Below are positions 45,336 through 58,047 of a stretch of 64,000 nucleotides of DNA, in pieces (position 1 is the stretch's first letter; every line of letters begins with the position of its first letter). A program made the translations under genes and the position numbers. The DNA is from a virus, in IMG/VR virus record IMGVR_UViG_3300020156_000002, positions 1-64,000 of that record; one strand, given 5' to 3'. The notes under the pieces were generated by a model. The model saw nothing but the letters and a program-made list of their open reading frames with translations. It did no database searches and was not told the origin of the DNA.

Positions 45336-46079
45336 ATGAAGAGTGAAAATTTTATTAAGGAATTAGATTTTATTATAAACGAAGATATTAAGAATTTTAC
45401 AAAGGTAGCGTTAGACAATTTGCCCCAGTACCTCTTTGAGGTCGCAGCGTCTTCCACTGGAAAGTACCACCCAGCTTATGCATTAGGAGATGGTGGATTA
45501 GTAAGACATACAAAAGCAGCCACAAGATTTGCAAATCATTTATTGCAGTTAGAACAAAATCAGATGTTATTCAGTGAAAGAGAACGTGACATGATTTTAT
45601 CAGCAATAATATTGCATGATGGGTGGAAACATGGAAATGCAGGTAGTACATTTACAACACATGAACATCCACAAGTTTGCGCTGATTGGGTAGAAACTTC
45701 TGATATTTTCAATGATGTTTTATCTATGGAAGATAGAAAACAGATAGCTCTAGCTATTTCGTCACATATGGGACAGTGGAATACGACTAAGAGAAGTAGC
45801 GTTGTGTTAAATAAGCCTGAAACAGAAATGCAGAGATTTGTACATATGTGTGATTATCTAGCATCAAGAAAAGACATTGAAGTCTTGTTTGATAGTGAAG
45901 ATAATAATGCACATAAAGTTGAAGATGATATTAATACATATAAGTTTACTTTTGGAAAGTACAAGGGAGAACTTATTACCGATGTAGCTAAAAATCATAA
46001 GGATTATTTACAATGGATGAGTGGTAATATGAAGATGAAAGCTCCACTAGATAAATTCGTTGCAGAATTGTTGAAATAG
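45336..46079 (+). CDS. HD-domain phosphohydrolase with C-terminal FGKYKG domain
   Basis: ASSTGKYH, GGLVRHT, LHDGWK, HMG, CDY; FTFGKYKG..YLQW. Confidence 0.85.
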   Translation: MKSENFIKELDFIINEDIKNFTKVALDNLPQYLFEVAASSTGKYHPAYALGDGGLVRHTKAATRFANHLLQLEQNQMLFSERERDMILSAIILHDGWKHGNAGSTFTTHEHPQVCADWVETSDIFNDVLSMEDRKQIALAISSHMGQWNTTKRSSVVLNKPETEMQRFVHMCDYLASRKDIEVLFDSEDNNAHKVEDDINTYKFTFGKYKGELITDVAKNHKDYLQWMSGNMKMKAPLDKFVAELLK

Positions 46080-46307
46080 TATGGAAATTGATTGGATTTG
46101 TGGATTGCCATTTGTAACAGTTCCTAATGAAAGGATGTGTGATATGAGTATAGGAGAAGTAGTAGAAGGACTTATTCAGTTAAAAAAAGATAAAGATATT
46201 TATTATCCAGATGATCAAATTATAAACGCTGCATGTAATATTCTTGAAAGGCTACCAAGAGAAATGAATGTTTATGATTGGATAAAAGAAAATCAAAATT
46301 AATAATA

Positions 46308-46427
46308 AATAATAATAAACATATTGACAACACATATAACCTGTGGTAAGATTATTTCAGACGGAAGAGAAAGGCTGATTTAATAGTATCACAGGTTTTT
46401 AGTACATATAACAGATAATAATAAACA
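46308..46427 (+). promoter_or_regulatory. ligase promoter flanked by two operator motifs and embedded in a hairpin
   Basis: AATAATAATAAACA 46308; TTGACA 46324, 17 bp, TG-g-TAAGAT; GATAATAATAAACA 46414. Confidence 0.7.
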
Positions 46428-46451
46428 ATAACATTTAAAAAGGAGAATGAA

Positions 46452-47732
46452 ATGGAAGAAGTAATTAGAATTTTTAAGCAAATTCAAGAAACAAGTGGTA
46501 AGAATGATAAGGAAAGAATAATCAGAGAGAATAAGAATAACGAATTGTTCAAAAAGTGTCTCGTATTTTTACTCGATGGAAATGTAACAACTGGTATAAG
46601 TAAAGCTAAGATTGAAAAGAAATTAAGCTATGATATGTGTAATCAATCATTTGAACAGTTATTTGAAATAATGGATTATCTCGAAGATAACAACACTGGT
46701 AGAGACATTGATATTGCAAACGTACAGAGATATATCGATAAGCATACTAATGAACAACAAGAATTTATTAAGCAAATTATTACAAAGAGTATTAAACTAG
46801 GAGTAGACTACAAAACTGTCAATAAAGCAATTCCAATCTTAATTGAGACATGGGAAGTTCAGCTTGGATCTGGTTTTGATAAATTAAAACTCAAGAATAA
46901 CGAATGGTTCTCGCTTAGTCAGAAGCTAAATGGGAATAGATGTTCATTTTACAAAGGTAAATTAATCAGTAGACAAGGCAAAGTGTTCAAAGGCTTTCAG
47001 CATATTATTGATGATATTATTGCCTGTGGACTTGAGAATAAGTTTATTGATGGCGAATTAATTAGAAAGAACACGGATGGATTACCTGATGGCGAGAATT
47101 TTAGGGTAGGGACTGGCATTATTAATTCTGATTTAGATACAAAAGAAGAAATTAAGCTAGTAATTTTTGATATGTTTTCTGCTGAACAGATAAAGAACAA
47201 AGTATCAGATTGTACATATAAAGTTAGATATGAAAATAATATTGAACCGTTAAGAGAAGAAATCGAGAAGAAAGACTTACATAATATAGAAGTTGTAAAA
47301 GTAGTTTATCAAGGAACAGACCAGTCACTGATTGAAAAGTGGTTAGATTATGCCGTAGAAAATGATTGGGAAGGATTGATGATTAATAAGGATACAACGT
47401 ATAAATGCAAAAGAACCACTGATTTAATTAAGGTTAAAAGATTCTACACAATTGACTTAAAAGTAGTCGATGTACTTGAAGGGGATGGTCGTCTTAAAGA
47501 AACTTTAGGTGCATTAGTGGTTGAATTCAAAGGCAATACAGTTAATGTCGGAAGTGGTTATTCAGACGAACAACGTACAGAGATTTGGAATAATCGAGAA
47601 GATATTATCGGTAAGATTGTGGAAGTGAAATATAAAGAAATCACAAGTGATAAGAAAACAGGATTAGAAAGTTTACAGTTCCCGATTTTCGTTAGATTAA
47701 GGGTCGACAAGACTGAACCAAGTTATAATTAA
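46452..47732 (+). CDS. ATP-dependent DNA ligase
   Basis: Motif I QKLNGNR, SRQGK, IDGEL, IFD, WEGLM, KVK, VGSG, FPIF. Confidence 0.93.
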   Translation: MEEVIRIFKQIQETSGKNDKERIIRENKNNELFKKCLVFLLDGNVTTGISKAKIEKKLSYDMCNQSFEQLFEIMDYLEDNNTGRDIDIANVQRYIDKHTNEQQEFIKQIITKSIKLGVDYKTVNKAIPILIETWEVQLGSGFDKLKLKNNEWFSLSQKLNGNRCSFYKGKLISRQGKVFKGFQHIIDDIIACGLENKFIDGELIRKNTDGLPDGENFRVGTGIINSDLDTKEEIKLVIFDMFSAEQIKNKVSDCTYKVRYENNIEPLREEIEKKDLHNIEVVKVVYQGTDQSLIEKWLDYAVENDWEGLMINKDTTYKCKRTTDLIKVKRFYTIDLKVVDVLEGDGRLKETLGALVVEFKGNTVNVGSGYSDEQRTEIWNNREDIIGKIVEVKYKEITSDKKTGLESLQFPIFVRLRVDKTEPSYN

Positions 47733-47761
47733 TAATAATATACAAGAAAGGAAAACAATAC

Positions 47762-50700
47762 ATGAAATATTCACAACCAAAGATTTCAGGGAAAAGTATT
47801 CTTCATCGATTTTGTAGTGAAGGAACTCATTACATAGGTGGTAAGAAATGGAGTAATGTTGATATGGGATTTAGAGAAGTTCCAACAAATTCTGATAGAA
47901 GAAGCTTTATGTTTACAATAAGATATGGAAATCCAGAAGAAAAAGAATGGCAGCTTAATAGTTTTTCAATGAAAGAAGATGAGATTAAGCAGTTCTTAGA
48001 CATTGTATATGATACAGTTTATAATCCACCAAAGTTTAAGGATAAATATTCTGTTGGAGACAAATTTATTATAGGTAGTATCAGTGTGGTTAAGAGCGAA
48101 TCTACTTATATAAAAGAAACTAACTATACGAATGTTGAAGCGACAATATCAAGCATATACAATACAAATACATTTTATACAGATGGTAAAGAGAAATATT
48201 ACACACTTTGTTTTGATGAAAATAGTATAATTGTTAAAGAATGTTATTTGGATAAACTGAAAAGAGTGTTGTAAAAAGCACATAAATCACGTATTTTATC
48301 ATGTGTTTAGAAAGGAGATTTAATATGTTTGATTGCGAAAATGAAATGTGTTGTTTCACATGTTTAAATGGAGAATATGTTCAAGATAATGATACAGGAT
48401 ATCATGTTTTATGTAAAAAAGATGGTGAATACAAAGAAGAGTCTCATGTATGTTTAGAATTTAAAGATTAATTATTTGGATGGAGAGGAGATAAACTCGC
48501 AGAAGAAAGAAGAACATTTAATGCGGTTGAAAAAGCTTATACTGATTTATTATTTGCTATAGAAGATGCATTGGGAATTGAATCGGAAGTTTACGCTGAT
48601 AGAGTTGATGAAAACGGATATTATAAATCGAAATAAGTTCTGTCTTCTATAGACATTAGAAAGGAGTAACCTAGATGGTAGTGCACAGCTTATCGCCGGG
48701 CATGGTTAAATGTCAATATCAAAATAAGTGTAGCAAATTTTCATATGATAAATGCACAACATGTAAAAATAACTTATTAGTAATGGAGAGAAATGCCGAC
48801 CAAAAGGAAAAAGATAATTATTATAAACGTATCTGAGTTAGAAGAATATATAACACAAACAAAGAATGGTTTGTTGTGGAAAGGATTATAAATATAAATA
48901 TGAATATAGAAATGTCAAAAATAGTAGAGTGTATTCAGAAGAAATCTTTATATAGTGGACTTCAAAATATTATTGATTATGTAGAGGATGTAGAAAGACA
49001 AAGAGATAATGCTATTAATAAATTATCTGAATGGAATAAAGATGTAGAAATTCAAAAGTTAAAAGAGCAACTACACAATTTACAGAATAGAGAACTGTAT
49101 ATAATGTCTGATAAGACATATCAAATGAGACATCTCTTTGAAAATAAACATGCTAATAAATGTAAGTGTCATACTATGATATATGAATTATCATATACCG
49201 GAATTGGAACATCTATTGTAATTAAGTGTCCTGTTTGTGGAGAAGAAGAAAATATTACAGATTATAAAGAATGGTAAATTTTAATGAAAGAGATATTTGA
49301 AAGGAGTGTTCATGCAAAGAAATAATACCAACTTTGAATTAGTTATATGTCCTGAATGTAATGGAGAAGGAACAAAAGATGTTTTCAATGGAGATAATCA
49401 TAATAAAGAAATTTGTGACTTTTGCAACGGAATAAGAGTTGTAAAGAAAATAACCAAAGTGGAATACGGATTAATAACATAAAATAATATACAAATAATG
49501 TAGGAGGGCGCACATATGATAGAATTCAAAGAAAGATTTACTTTAAGCAAAACATATGATAACTGGATGAAAGACAAATTAGAAATGGAACCAACTAGTC
49601 ATAGTGTAATCTTATGGCTGCAAACTCATGGAATGCTTAATGAAGATAAGGTTAAGAAAATATATAAGCAATAATATGATAAAAAATATTCGAAGGGAGA
49701 AATATGAGAACAATAATTAACTATTTAAGAAGTTGCTTTTGTAGGCATGATTGGGAAATGATTTTTGACACAAGTGTTAATGAAACGGAACAGGGTAAAG
49801 TAGTGAATATATACACAATGAAAACATACAGATGTAAAAAATGTGGCTATTCTAAGAAATATAAAAGTTATTAAAGTGAAGATATATCAAGGAAGGGAAA
49901 ATAATGGGAAAAATTTTGTTTGAAGAATATACAAATGAGCAGAAGAAAATAATGCAAGATGTACTTATGTTTTCACCAAAATGCTGGAAAGATGGCAATT
50001 TTAAGTTTGACCGAGATACTGCAAAAGTTTGTAACGGTAAATCGTGTTATACCTGTATGTTTGACACATTTGATTTAAAGACACACTAAGTAAAATCTGG
50101 ATTTGATATGGAATGGAAGGGAGAAAGTAAACTTTATGATTGAAATAAAAGATATGAAAACTTTAATTGAGTGGCACGACATTAATAAAGAATTGCCAAA
50201 GCATAATTTCGGATGGTATTTTGTAATATTAAAACCAGTAAATTTTGAAGAATTAGAAAAAGAAAATTCATCATATGTAGACTGGGTTGAAAGTTATGGC
50301 TTAGAGAAAGCTTGGCTTAATGGTTATAGATGGTGGGTAGCAGATCCACACGGGTATGGCACTAGCGAAGTAACAAATCGAGTCAAGTATTTTTCAAAGC
50401 CTATACTAAATATTATTGAAGAACAAAATAAATTGTAAGTTTTATTTGGTCGGAAAGGAGAGAATAATAAATGGAAATTAAATTAAGTTATTCAGAATTA
50501 CAAAATATTGTTGCTACACATGCAAGAAATAAAGGTTTTGATAATGTAAAAGCATCAGATGTATGTATAAATAATGATTGTGCAACTATTAAAATCTCGG
50601 ATGATAATAAGCCATATGAAGGTATCAAGTTTCCTCTATGTACGAGAGTTAATAATGGGATGTATCCTAGATGTATGAATTTGCTAGATAAAAGATATTG

Positions 50701-53700
50701 TAATAGAGTTGGCGGTACTTGTTAATAAAAGGAGAGATTAAATGAATTTTAAATACATGAATAAAGAAGCTTGGATGCTTGATGAAGATGTTTTATACAA
50801 GGGAATTGTAAAACGTAATTGGCTTCGACATATTTTTATTCCAAATAGTCACGCTGGAGGATTTTCATATCAGTATGTAACACGAAAAGATATAGGCAAG
50901 ATATTATTCAGAAATGATATACATATTGTTTATTCTGGATTAGGACATTTGGAAAGAATATACACTGATAATTACTCTAAATATAAAATTAATGAACTAT
51001 GTAATGAATTAAAGGATGAAGCGAGAAGATGTTGTAATAAATAAAACTAGATAAAATGCAAATTTGAAGCGCATATTGGAGGTGATTAGATGAGTCAAGA
51101 AGAAAGAAATGAACTAACTAAGTTATTAGATATTGAACCAAAATATTTAATTAATTACATAGCGGATTTAATTGTTGAAAATGAAGATGATATAGCATAC
51201 TCAATTGAACATAAAGATAGAGAACTATTAGAATCAATTATTGAGAGATATATTTATTAAGAGAGGAGTACAACATGCAAGAAATATTTAATGAAGCTGT
51301 CTATGTCGTTGTAATACAAACTGAAAATGATACCGAATATTTATCAAAAAATTATTATAAGAATAAACATTCTAAACATACGAAGTGGAGAAAAGTATTT
51401 ATAAATACTATTATTACTACAAACAAACTAAATAAAGCTGCAAGATTTAATTCTTTAGAATCAGCTAGAAAACAGATTGAATATTTGAAGATAGAAAATG
51501 TTGTTGGAATTGCAACCGTAGAACATAAACTAGAACTAGTTGATATGTAAGCAGATGAAATATCAATTTGGTAGTGAATTTTAGGAGGTGATAGTAATAA
51601 AAAGAGGCAAAAGAGTTGAAATTAAACCAGTTGATGATGCAATGAATACAGATCAACTAATTTATGTATCTTCAGCTAATGAAAAATACGTAGAGTTCGT
51701 AAAAGAAGTCAGGAAACATCCGTATAAATTATATGAATATTGGACAGGTAAAAAGTTACCAATATGGCAGCGATTATATTTTGATACTATAGGCAAGCTA
51801 AAGAAGACTGATTATGAAAAGCAACAGAAAGCCATTAATAAAGCTATAAAACCATATATTAAGTAATTATATTAAACATTAAAAAGGAGAGAACTATGAA
51901 AAATGAAGATGCACTATTATCATACAAAAAAGCATGTGTATACCAAGTAGCATTAGAAATGAATTGGTTTCCGTATAATGAAGAAAAAGAAAATATATAT
52001 GATTATGCAAAAAGAAACTTAGTGTATGACTATATATTCTTACTCAGGTGTTTGAAGGTTATAAATAAAAAACCAAAGTTAATGAAACAAGTATTGGAAT
52101 TAATCAAAACAAATGAGCAATTGTATAGTTGCTTTGATTTGTAAGTCAAAATTAAACATCATTTTACTTTGAGTTGGAGGTGATTAAGATATTAAGTGAT
52201 ACAAGCAGAATAGTATATGCTATGTGTAAGTGTATTTTATTTCCAGAAAGTAGTGTCTTGGTTACATTTAAAGACGAGGAAGAAACCAATAACGCATTTA
52301 AAATAGCTATGAAATTATGCAGTAAAGATGTAAGAAAAGAAATATTAAAGATCAATAAAACGAATATAGAATTTAAAAACAAGAGCAACTTGACATTAGA
52401 TTACTCGAAACCAAAAGTTGAACCTGAATATATAAGAGGACACAGATCAAAACTGCCACTACTATATTATGATGATTTTCATATTGATAATGATATGTTA
52501 GAGGAAGTATTAAAGCCATATATTAAAGAAAGGAATATTAAACAATGAGTAAAAGTATTGTAGATTTGTTTTATGAATTAGATGATGAAGTTTTCTACAA
52601 CTTAATAGTAAAGAAACTTCCAAACAACTTTAAAATTGAAATTGTAAACAAGAGTTTATGTGAAAATCCGAAGAATGCTTATATTGATGTGGCTTTTGTG
52701 TTTAAAGATATGCCAAAACCAAGAGAAGTATTTTATACTCACATTTACTATGGTGAATTAGATATTTTGTTAAATGGTAGAAACGGACAGAAACATTAAT
52801 TAAAGTTCAGGAGGAAGTATTAATGCTAAAAATTAATGGTTTAAGTTTAACTTGGTGGGTAACAGAAATTATAGGATTGACACTGTTTATTCTAACAATA
52901 ATATATGATATATATATATTAACTTGACATTGTTCAATAACACAGATGTAACAATAAGTCAAAAAGTTACATGTGTTGCAGGTATGCTAATGATTTGCTA
53001 TGGATGGAGTTTCTTTATTGATTGGTTAGTACAATCATCAAGAAAATTTATAAGAAAACATACTAAAACCAAGAATGGATACTCAAAAGAAAAGATAGCA
53101 CTTATTAAGAAGCAAATGGAAAAGTCGGTTAGTCATTTACATAATGAGGAATAATATAAGACAATCAATCTGCACTTTCATAGCAAATTAGAAAGGAGAA
53201 AATATGTTCAAAAATATTAAATGGGAATTAATAGACGATAGAACAGCTTATTTGTTAGACGATATAGGGCGACTTGGATCATTGAAACAATATAAAGGAA
53301 CAAATGAATATGAATTTGTTAGTAGGTCTGATATTGAAATAAGTGATATTGAAGCTGAAGACATGGAAGATGCTATTAAAAAATGTACAGAAGAAATATA
53401 TGATTTTTGCGATACTAAAATAAGTACATATAACAAAATATTGAGCGAGATAAATAAGATAAAATAATACATCTATCAAGAAAGGAGAATATATGATATA
53501 CAAAAAGTCGTGGCACAAAGATACTAAAAATTTTAGCTTCATATTTACTGGATATTTTTTATTAGGAATTGTGCCATTATATATTAAAAGAGAAAGCTAT
53601 TAATCAAATTGACGATTCTATATAAAGTGAGGTGAATTAAAATGAATAGATATAAAGTAAAATGGACAGATGGGTTTCATTATGTCATTGACACTAAAAA

Positions 53701-55390
53701 CAATGATAAGATTGTTAGTAGCGGTTATCATAGCAGTAAAAGTGCAGAAATAGTGTGTGACAAAAAGAACATGAATAATGATTTAGGTTGTATGCTTAAC
53801 ATGAATTTATAGTTTCATTCTGATTTAGAAAGGAGAATGGTTATGGCAAAAGTACATAAAGTAACAATGTTTGTTACAGATATTGAAGGAGATAGTGATT
53901 TAGATGATTTAATTGAACATGGTTTACGCAGTTATGACTTGTATCCTAAGTTTATCAAAGTAGAATCATCGAAAGAATTTGAATGGGATGATGATTTAGA
54001 AATTAATAAAGTTAATGGAAAAAAGGAAGATTTTGAAGATTATTTTAAATAACTGATAAGTTCAGGTATTGATTATAAGAAGATGTGATACATATGTGTA
54101 AATCAGAATTTAATTGTGTTTTTGGCAACTGCGATGAATGTGAAAATGATAAAGAAACTTGTGTATATTATGAAGAATGTAGTATGTGTGAAAATGCTGA
54201 TTATTGTGAAGAGTCAATTGAATAACTCTTTCATTATGATTAATAATATTATACAGAAAGGAAATGAAGATAATGAGAGTAGCATATATGAAAGATTACA
54301 TAAAAGAAACAAATAATGTACATACGAATGGATATTATATTTTTGTTGATAGTGATACTTATGTAATGCCAGATCAAGAAACAGGATATAAATTATTTGA
54401 ACAGCTATTAGTTAGTGGATACATAGACCTAAGAAAGTATGATAGAAGATAATCAAAGATGATTTCTATGATAAGAAAAGGAGATTGAGAATGAACCAAG
54501 ATAAGTATTTTATAATTACGTCATCAGAAGATGGCACAACTGTTGAACAAATAACAAAAGAAGAATTAATGAGTAGAATTACTCCTGATGAGGATGGCGA
54601 TTTATATTATGGTTTAGGAGCAAAATTTTTAAATGAATTACCAGAATGGAATGACGGATATCCCAACATGTCATTTGAAGATGTAATTATTATTAAAGGC
54701 GACTTTGTAGTACCAAAAGAAAAGAAAGTTGTAACACAATATGAATTATAAGACCATGAAACAATGTGTTTATTTGGATTAGAAAGGAGAATCGTTAATG
54801 GATGATAATGATATTGGATTAATTAAAGAAACAGAAAGTTATGATTTATGGTTTGAGCCAATTACAGACGAAATAAATGGATTTGTAATTAGAGATAAGA
54901 AAGGTTTTATTAAACAAATTTACATGCCAGATAGATAATAAAATGTGATATTTATTAGGATTGAGGTGATAACATGGAAAAATACTTAGATAATGAAGAT
55001 GAAAGGTTAAGAGATAATTTTAAAATGCAATATATACATAGCTGTAATACTTGTAAAACAAGGTTTGAATGCACCCTAACTAATAGTAAGATTATAACAT
55101 GTGACAGGTATTGGGCTGATTTAAACTATAATAAATAATAATAAACGCAAAGAAGTGACAAGATGAAAAATACATATACATACGACGATTTATACGGAAC
55201 ATTGTTACATAAAAATGAAGATGATACAGAAAGAACTTATTTCATTATCGGATGTTTGACGAGCAGGTTTCGCCGTTGGATGTTTGTAGAGGGATGGAAC
55301 AAGGGTAGTGAGAAAGAATTTTATTATAATAACATAAAGGGATATAAAATAACATTTAAAAGAAAGGACACAAATAATGCAAATAATTAA
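47762..55390 (+). other. dense array of ~25 small hypothetical CDSs, many bounded by 18-bp palindromes
   Basis: ORF track plus AGAAAGGAG RBSs; several zinc-ribbon proteins. Confidence 0.7.
52174..52548 (+). CDS. short protein resembling an internal fragment of a terminase large-subunit ATPase
   Basis: YAMCKCILFPESSVLV...IEFKNKS...RGHRSK..LYYDD.....ML..VLKP resembles terminase motifs; no Walker A. Confidence 0.4.
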   Translation: MEVIKILSDTSRIVYAMCKCILFPESSVLVTFKDEEETNNAFKIAMKLCSKDVRKEILKINKTNIEFKNKSNLTLDYSKPKVEPEYIRGHRSKLPLLYYDDFHIDNDMLEEVLKPYIKERNIKQ

Positions 55391-57518
55391 AAAAGATGGG
55401 ACATTAGAAGAATTTGATGAACAAAAAATAATTAATGCAGTTCAAAAATCTGCTAAGAGAATGATGATTGAATTATCTCCTAGTGAATATAGTTTGATTT
55501 GTAATAATGTGTGGCAACAGATTGAAGAAACTGATGATGACATAATTCAAATATCTGAAATTCATAATATGGTAGAATCTGCTTTAGAAGATTTTAATCC
55601 TATTATTGCGAAAAGTTACCGAGATTATAGGAATTATAAAACTGATTTTGTACATATGTTAGATGAGGTTTATAATAAAGCACAATCTATCATGTATATT
55701 GGAGATAAAGATAATGCTAATACAGACAGCGCATTAGTTGCTACAAAAAGAAGCTTAGTTTTTAATGAATTAAACAAGCGATTATATCAAAAATTCTTTT
55801 TAACAACAGAAGAATTAAAAGCTGCTAAAGATGGTTATATTTATATACACGATATGTCTGCCAGAAGAGATACCATGAACTGCTGTTTATTTGATATGAA
55901 GACTGTTATGTCTGGTGGATTTGAAATGGGTAATGTTTGGTATAACGAACCAAATTCGCTGGATACAGCTTTTGATGTAATGGGAGATATTATATTAAGT
56001 ACAGCGGCTCAACAATATGGGGGATTTACCGTACCGGAAGTTGATAAAACATTGGAACCATATGCCGAAAAATCTTATAAGAAATATATAGATGAATATT
56101 TTAATATTGCTAATACTTTAAATACACAAATTAAAGATATTGGGAAATTAGCCAAAGAATATGCTTATGCAAAAATTCAAAGAGATTTTGAACAAGGGTG
56201 GCAGGGAATAGAATACAAACTTAATACAGTTGGATCTTCGAGAGGAGATTACCCTTTTGTAACAATGACTTTTGGACTATCAACATCTAAATTTGGTAAG
56301 ATGGCTTCAATAACATTTCTTAATGTACATAAGAATGGACAAGGGAAAAAAGGAAATAAGAAACCTGTTTTATTTCCTAAATTAGTATTTTTATATGATA
56401 AAGATATACATGGTGAAAATTGTATAAATGAAGATGTATTTGACGCTGGTATTGAATGTAGTATGAAAACTATGTATCCTGATTGGTTGAGTTTAACCGG
56501 AGATGGATATGTACCAAGTATGTATAAAAAATATGGAACTGTAGTGTCACCGATGGGATGTCGTGCATTTTTATCTCCATGGTATGAACGAGGAGGAATG
56601 AATCCAGAAGATGAAAATGATAAAGCAGTATTTGTTGGTAGGTTTAATTTAGGTGCAATAAGTTTACATTTACCTATGATATTAGCAAAGTCCCAACATG
56701 AAAGTAAAGATTTTTATGAAGTATTAGATTATTATCTTGAAATGATTAGAGGACTACATAAAAGAACTTATGAATACTTAGGAGAAATGAGAGCATCGAC
56801 TAATCCATTAGCTTATTGTGAGGGTGGGTTCTATGGGGGTCATTTACAGGCAACAGATAAAATTAAATCAATATTGAAACCAATGACTCTATCTTTTGGA
56901 TTTACGGCTTTAAATGAATTACAAGAATTATATAATAAGAAATCATTAGTAGAAGACGGGATTTTTGCATTAAAAGTAATGGAACATATTAATAATAAAA
57001 TAGCAGAATTTAAAAAAGAAGACGGACTACTATATGCGATATACGCAACTCCGGCTGAAAGTTTATGCGGATTACAAGTTCAACAGTTTAGAAAACAATA
57101 TGGAATAATAGATGGAGTTTCAGACAGAACTTATGTTAGTAATTCATTTCATTGTGCAGTATGGGAAGATATTTCGCCAATACAAAAACAGGACTTGGAA
57201 AATAGATTTTGGAATTTATCTAATGGTGGAAAGATACAATACTGTAAATATCCAATTAATTATAACAAAAAGGCGGTTGTTACTTTAATAAGAAGAGCTA
57301 TGGAAATGGGACTTTATGAAGGAGTAAATTTATCATTGGCTTATTGCGACGATTGTGGACACCAAGAACTTGAAATGGATGTGTGTCCAAAATGTGGAAG
57401 TCATAATTTAACTAAAATAGACCGTATGAATGGTTATTTAGCATTTAGTAGAGTTCATGGAGACACTAGATTAAATAAAGCAAAAATGGATGAAATAGCA
57501 GAAAGGAAGAGCATGTAA
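55377..57518 (+). CDS. nrdD: anaerobic (class III) ribonucleotide reductase
   Basis: ATP cone IKKDG, YIHD, NCC, MGCR, ATPAESL, zinc site CDDCG/CPKCGS, glycyl loop RMNGYL. Confidence 0.96.
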   Translation: MQIIKKDGTLEEFDEQKIINAVQKSAKRMMIELSPSEYSLICNNVWQQIEETDDDIIQISEIHNMVESALEDFNPIIAKSYRDYRNYKTDFVHMLDEVYNKAQSIMYIGDKDNANTDSALVATKRSLVFNELNKRLYQKFFLTTEELKAAKDGYIYIHDMSARRDTMNCCLFDMKTVMSGGFEMGNVWYNEPNSLDTAFDVMGDIILSTAAQQYGGFTVPEVDKTLEPYAEKSYKKYIDEYFNIANTLNTQIKDIGKLAKEYAYAKIQRDFEQGWQGIEYKLNTVGSSRGDYPFVTMTFGLSTSKFGKMASITFLNVHKNGQGKKGNKKPVLFPKLVFLYDKDIHGENCINEDVFDAGIECSMKTMYPDWLSLTGDGYVPSMYKKYGTVVSPMGCRAFLSPWYERGGMNPEDENDKAVFVGRFNLGAISLHLPMILAKSQHESKDFYEVLDYYLEMIRGLHKRTYEYLGEMRASTNPLAYCEGGFYGGHLQATDKIKSILKPMTLSFGFTALNELQELYNKKSLVEDGIFALKVMEHINNKIAEFKKEDGLLYAIYATPAESLCGLQVQQFRKQYGIIDGVSDRTYVSNSFHCAVWEDISPIQKQDLENRFWNLSNGGKIQYCKYPINYNKKAVVTLIRRAMEMGLYEGVNLSLAYCDDCGHQELEMDVCPKCGSHNLTKIDRMNGYLAFSRVHGDTRLNKAKMDEIAERKSM

Positions 57519-58024
57519 TGAGGTATCATAATATAACACACGACGATATGAAAAACGGAGATGGATTGCGTGTTGTTTTGTGGGTTTCTGGATGTGATCA
57601 TAAGTGTAAAGGTTGTCAGAATCCGATTACATGGAATCCTAATGACGGATTAGAATTTGATTTAGCAGCTAAAGAGGAGATTTTTTCACAATTGGAAAAG
57701 GAATATATATCTGGAATAACATTTTCTGGTGGTGATCCATTACATGATAACAACTATGAATACGTAAGAAAACTAATACTAGAAATAAAAGAAAAATATA
57801 AAACAAAAACAATATGGCTATATACGGGTTATGCATATAATGATTTATTATGTTTATATCCAGAAAAATATGAAGTAGTAAAATTATGTGATGTTTTAAT
57901 AGATGGTGAATTTGTAGAAGATATATTAGATGTAAATTATCATTGGGCAGGTAGCGTAAATCAAAATGTAATTGATATAAAGAAATCACTAGAGAGAAAA
58001 GAAATTGTCTTGTGGAATAGTTAA
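57518..58024 (+). CDS. nrdG: class III RNR activase (radical SAM)
   Basis: NGDGLRVVLWVSGCDHKCKGCQNP, SGGDPL, WLYTGY. Confidence 0.96.
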   Translation: MRYHNITHDDMKNGDGLRVVLWVSGCDHKCKGCQNPITWNPNDGLEFDLAAKEEIFSQLEKEYISGITFSGGDPLHDNNYEYVRKLILEIKEKYKTKTIWLYTGYAYNDLLCLYPEKYEVVKLCDVLIDGEFVEDILDVNYHWAGSVNQNVIDIKKSLERKEIVLWNS

Positions 58025-58047
58025 TAAATATCTTGATCGATTGACTC

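Noticed and set aside
38160-57518. Inteins or group I introns in dnaB, dnaE or nrdD
   Set aside because: Uninterrupted ORFs of ordinary length with no splice motifs seen.
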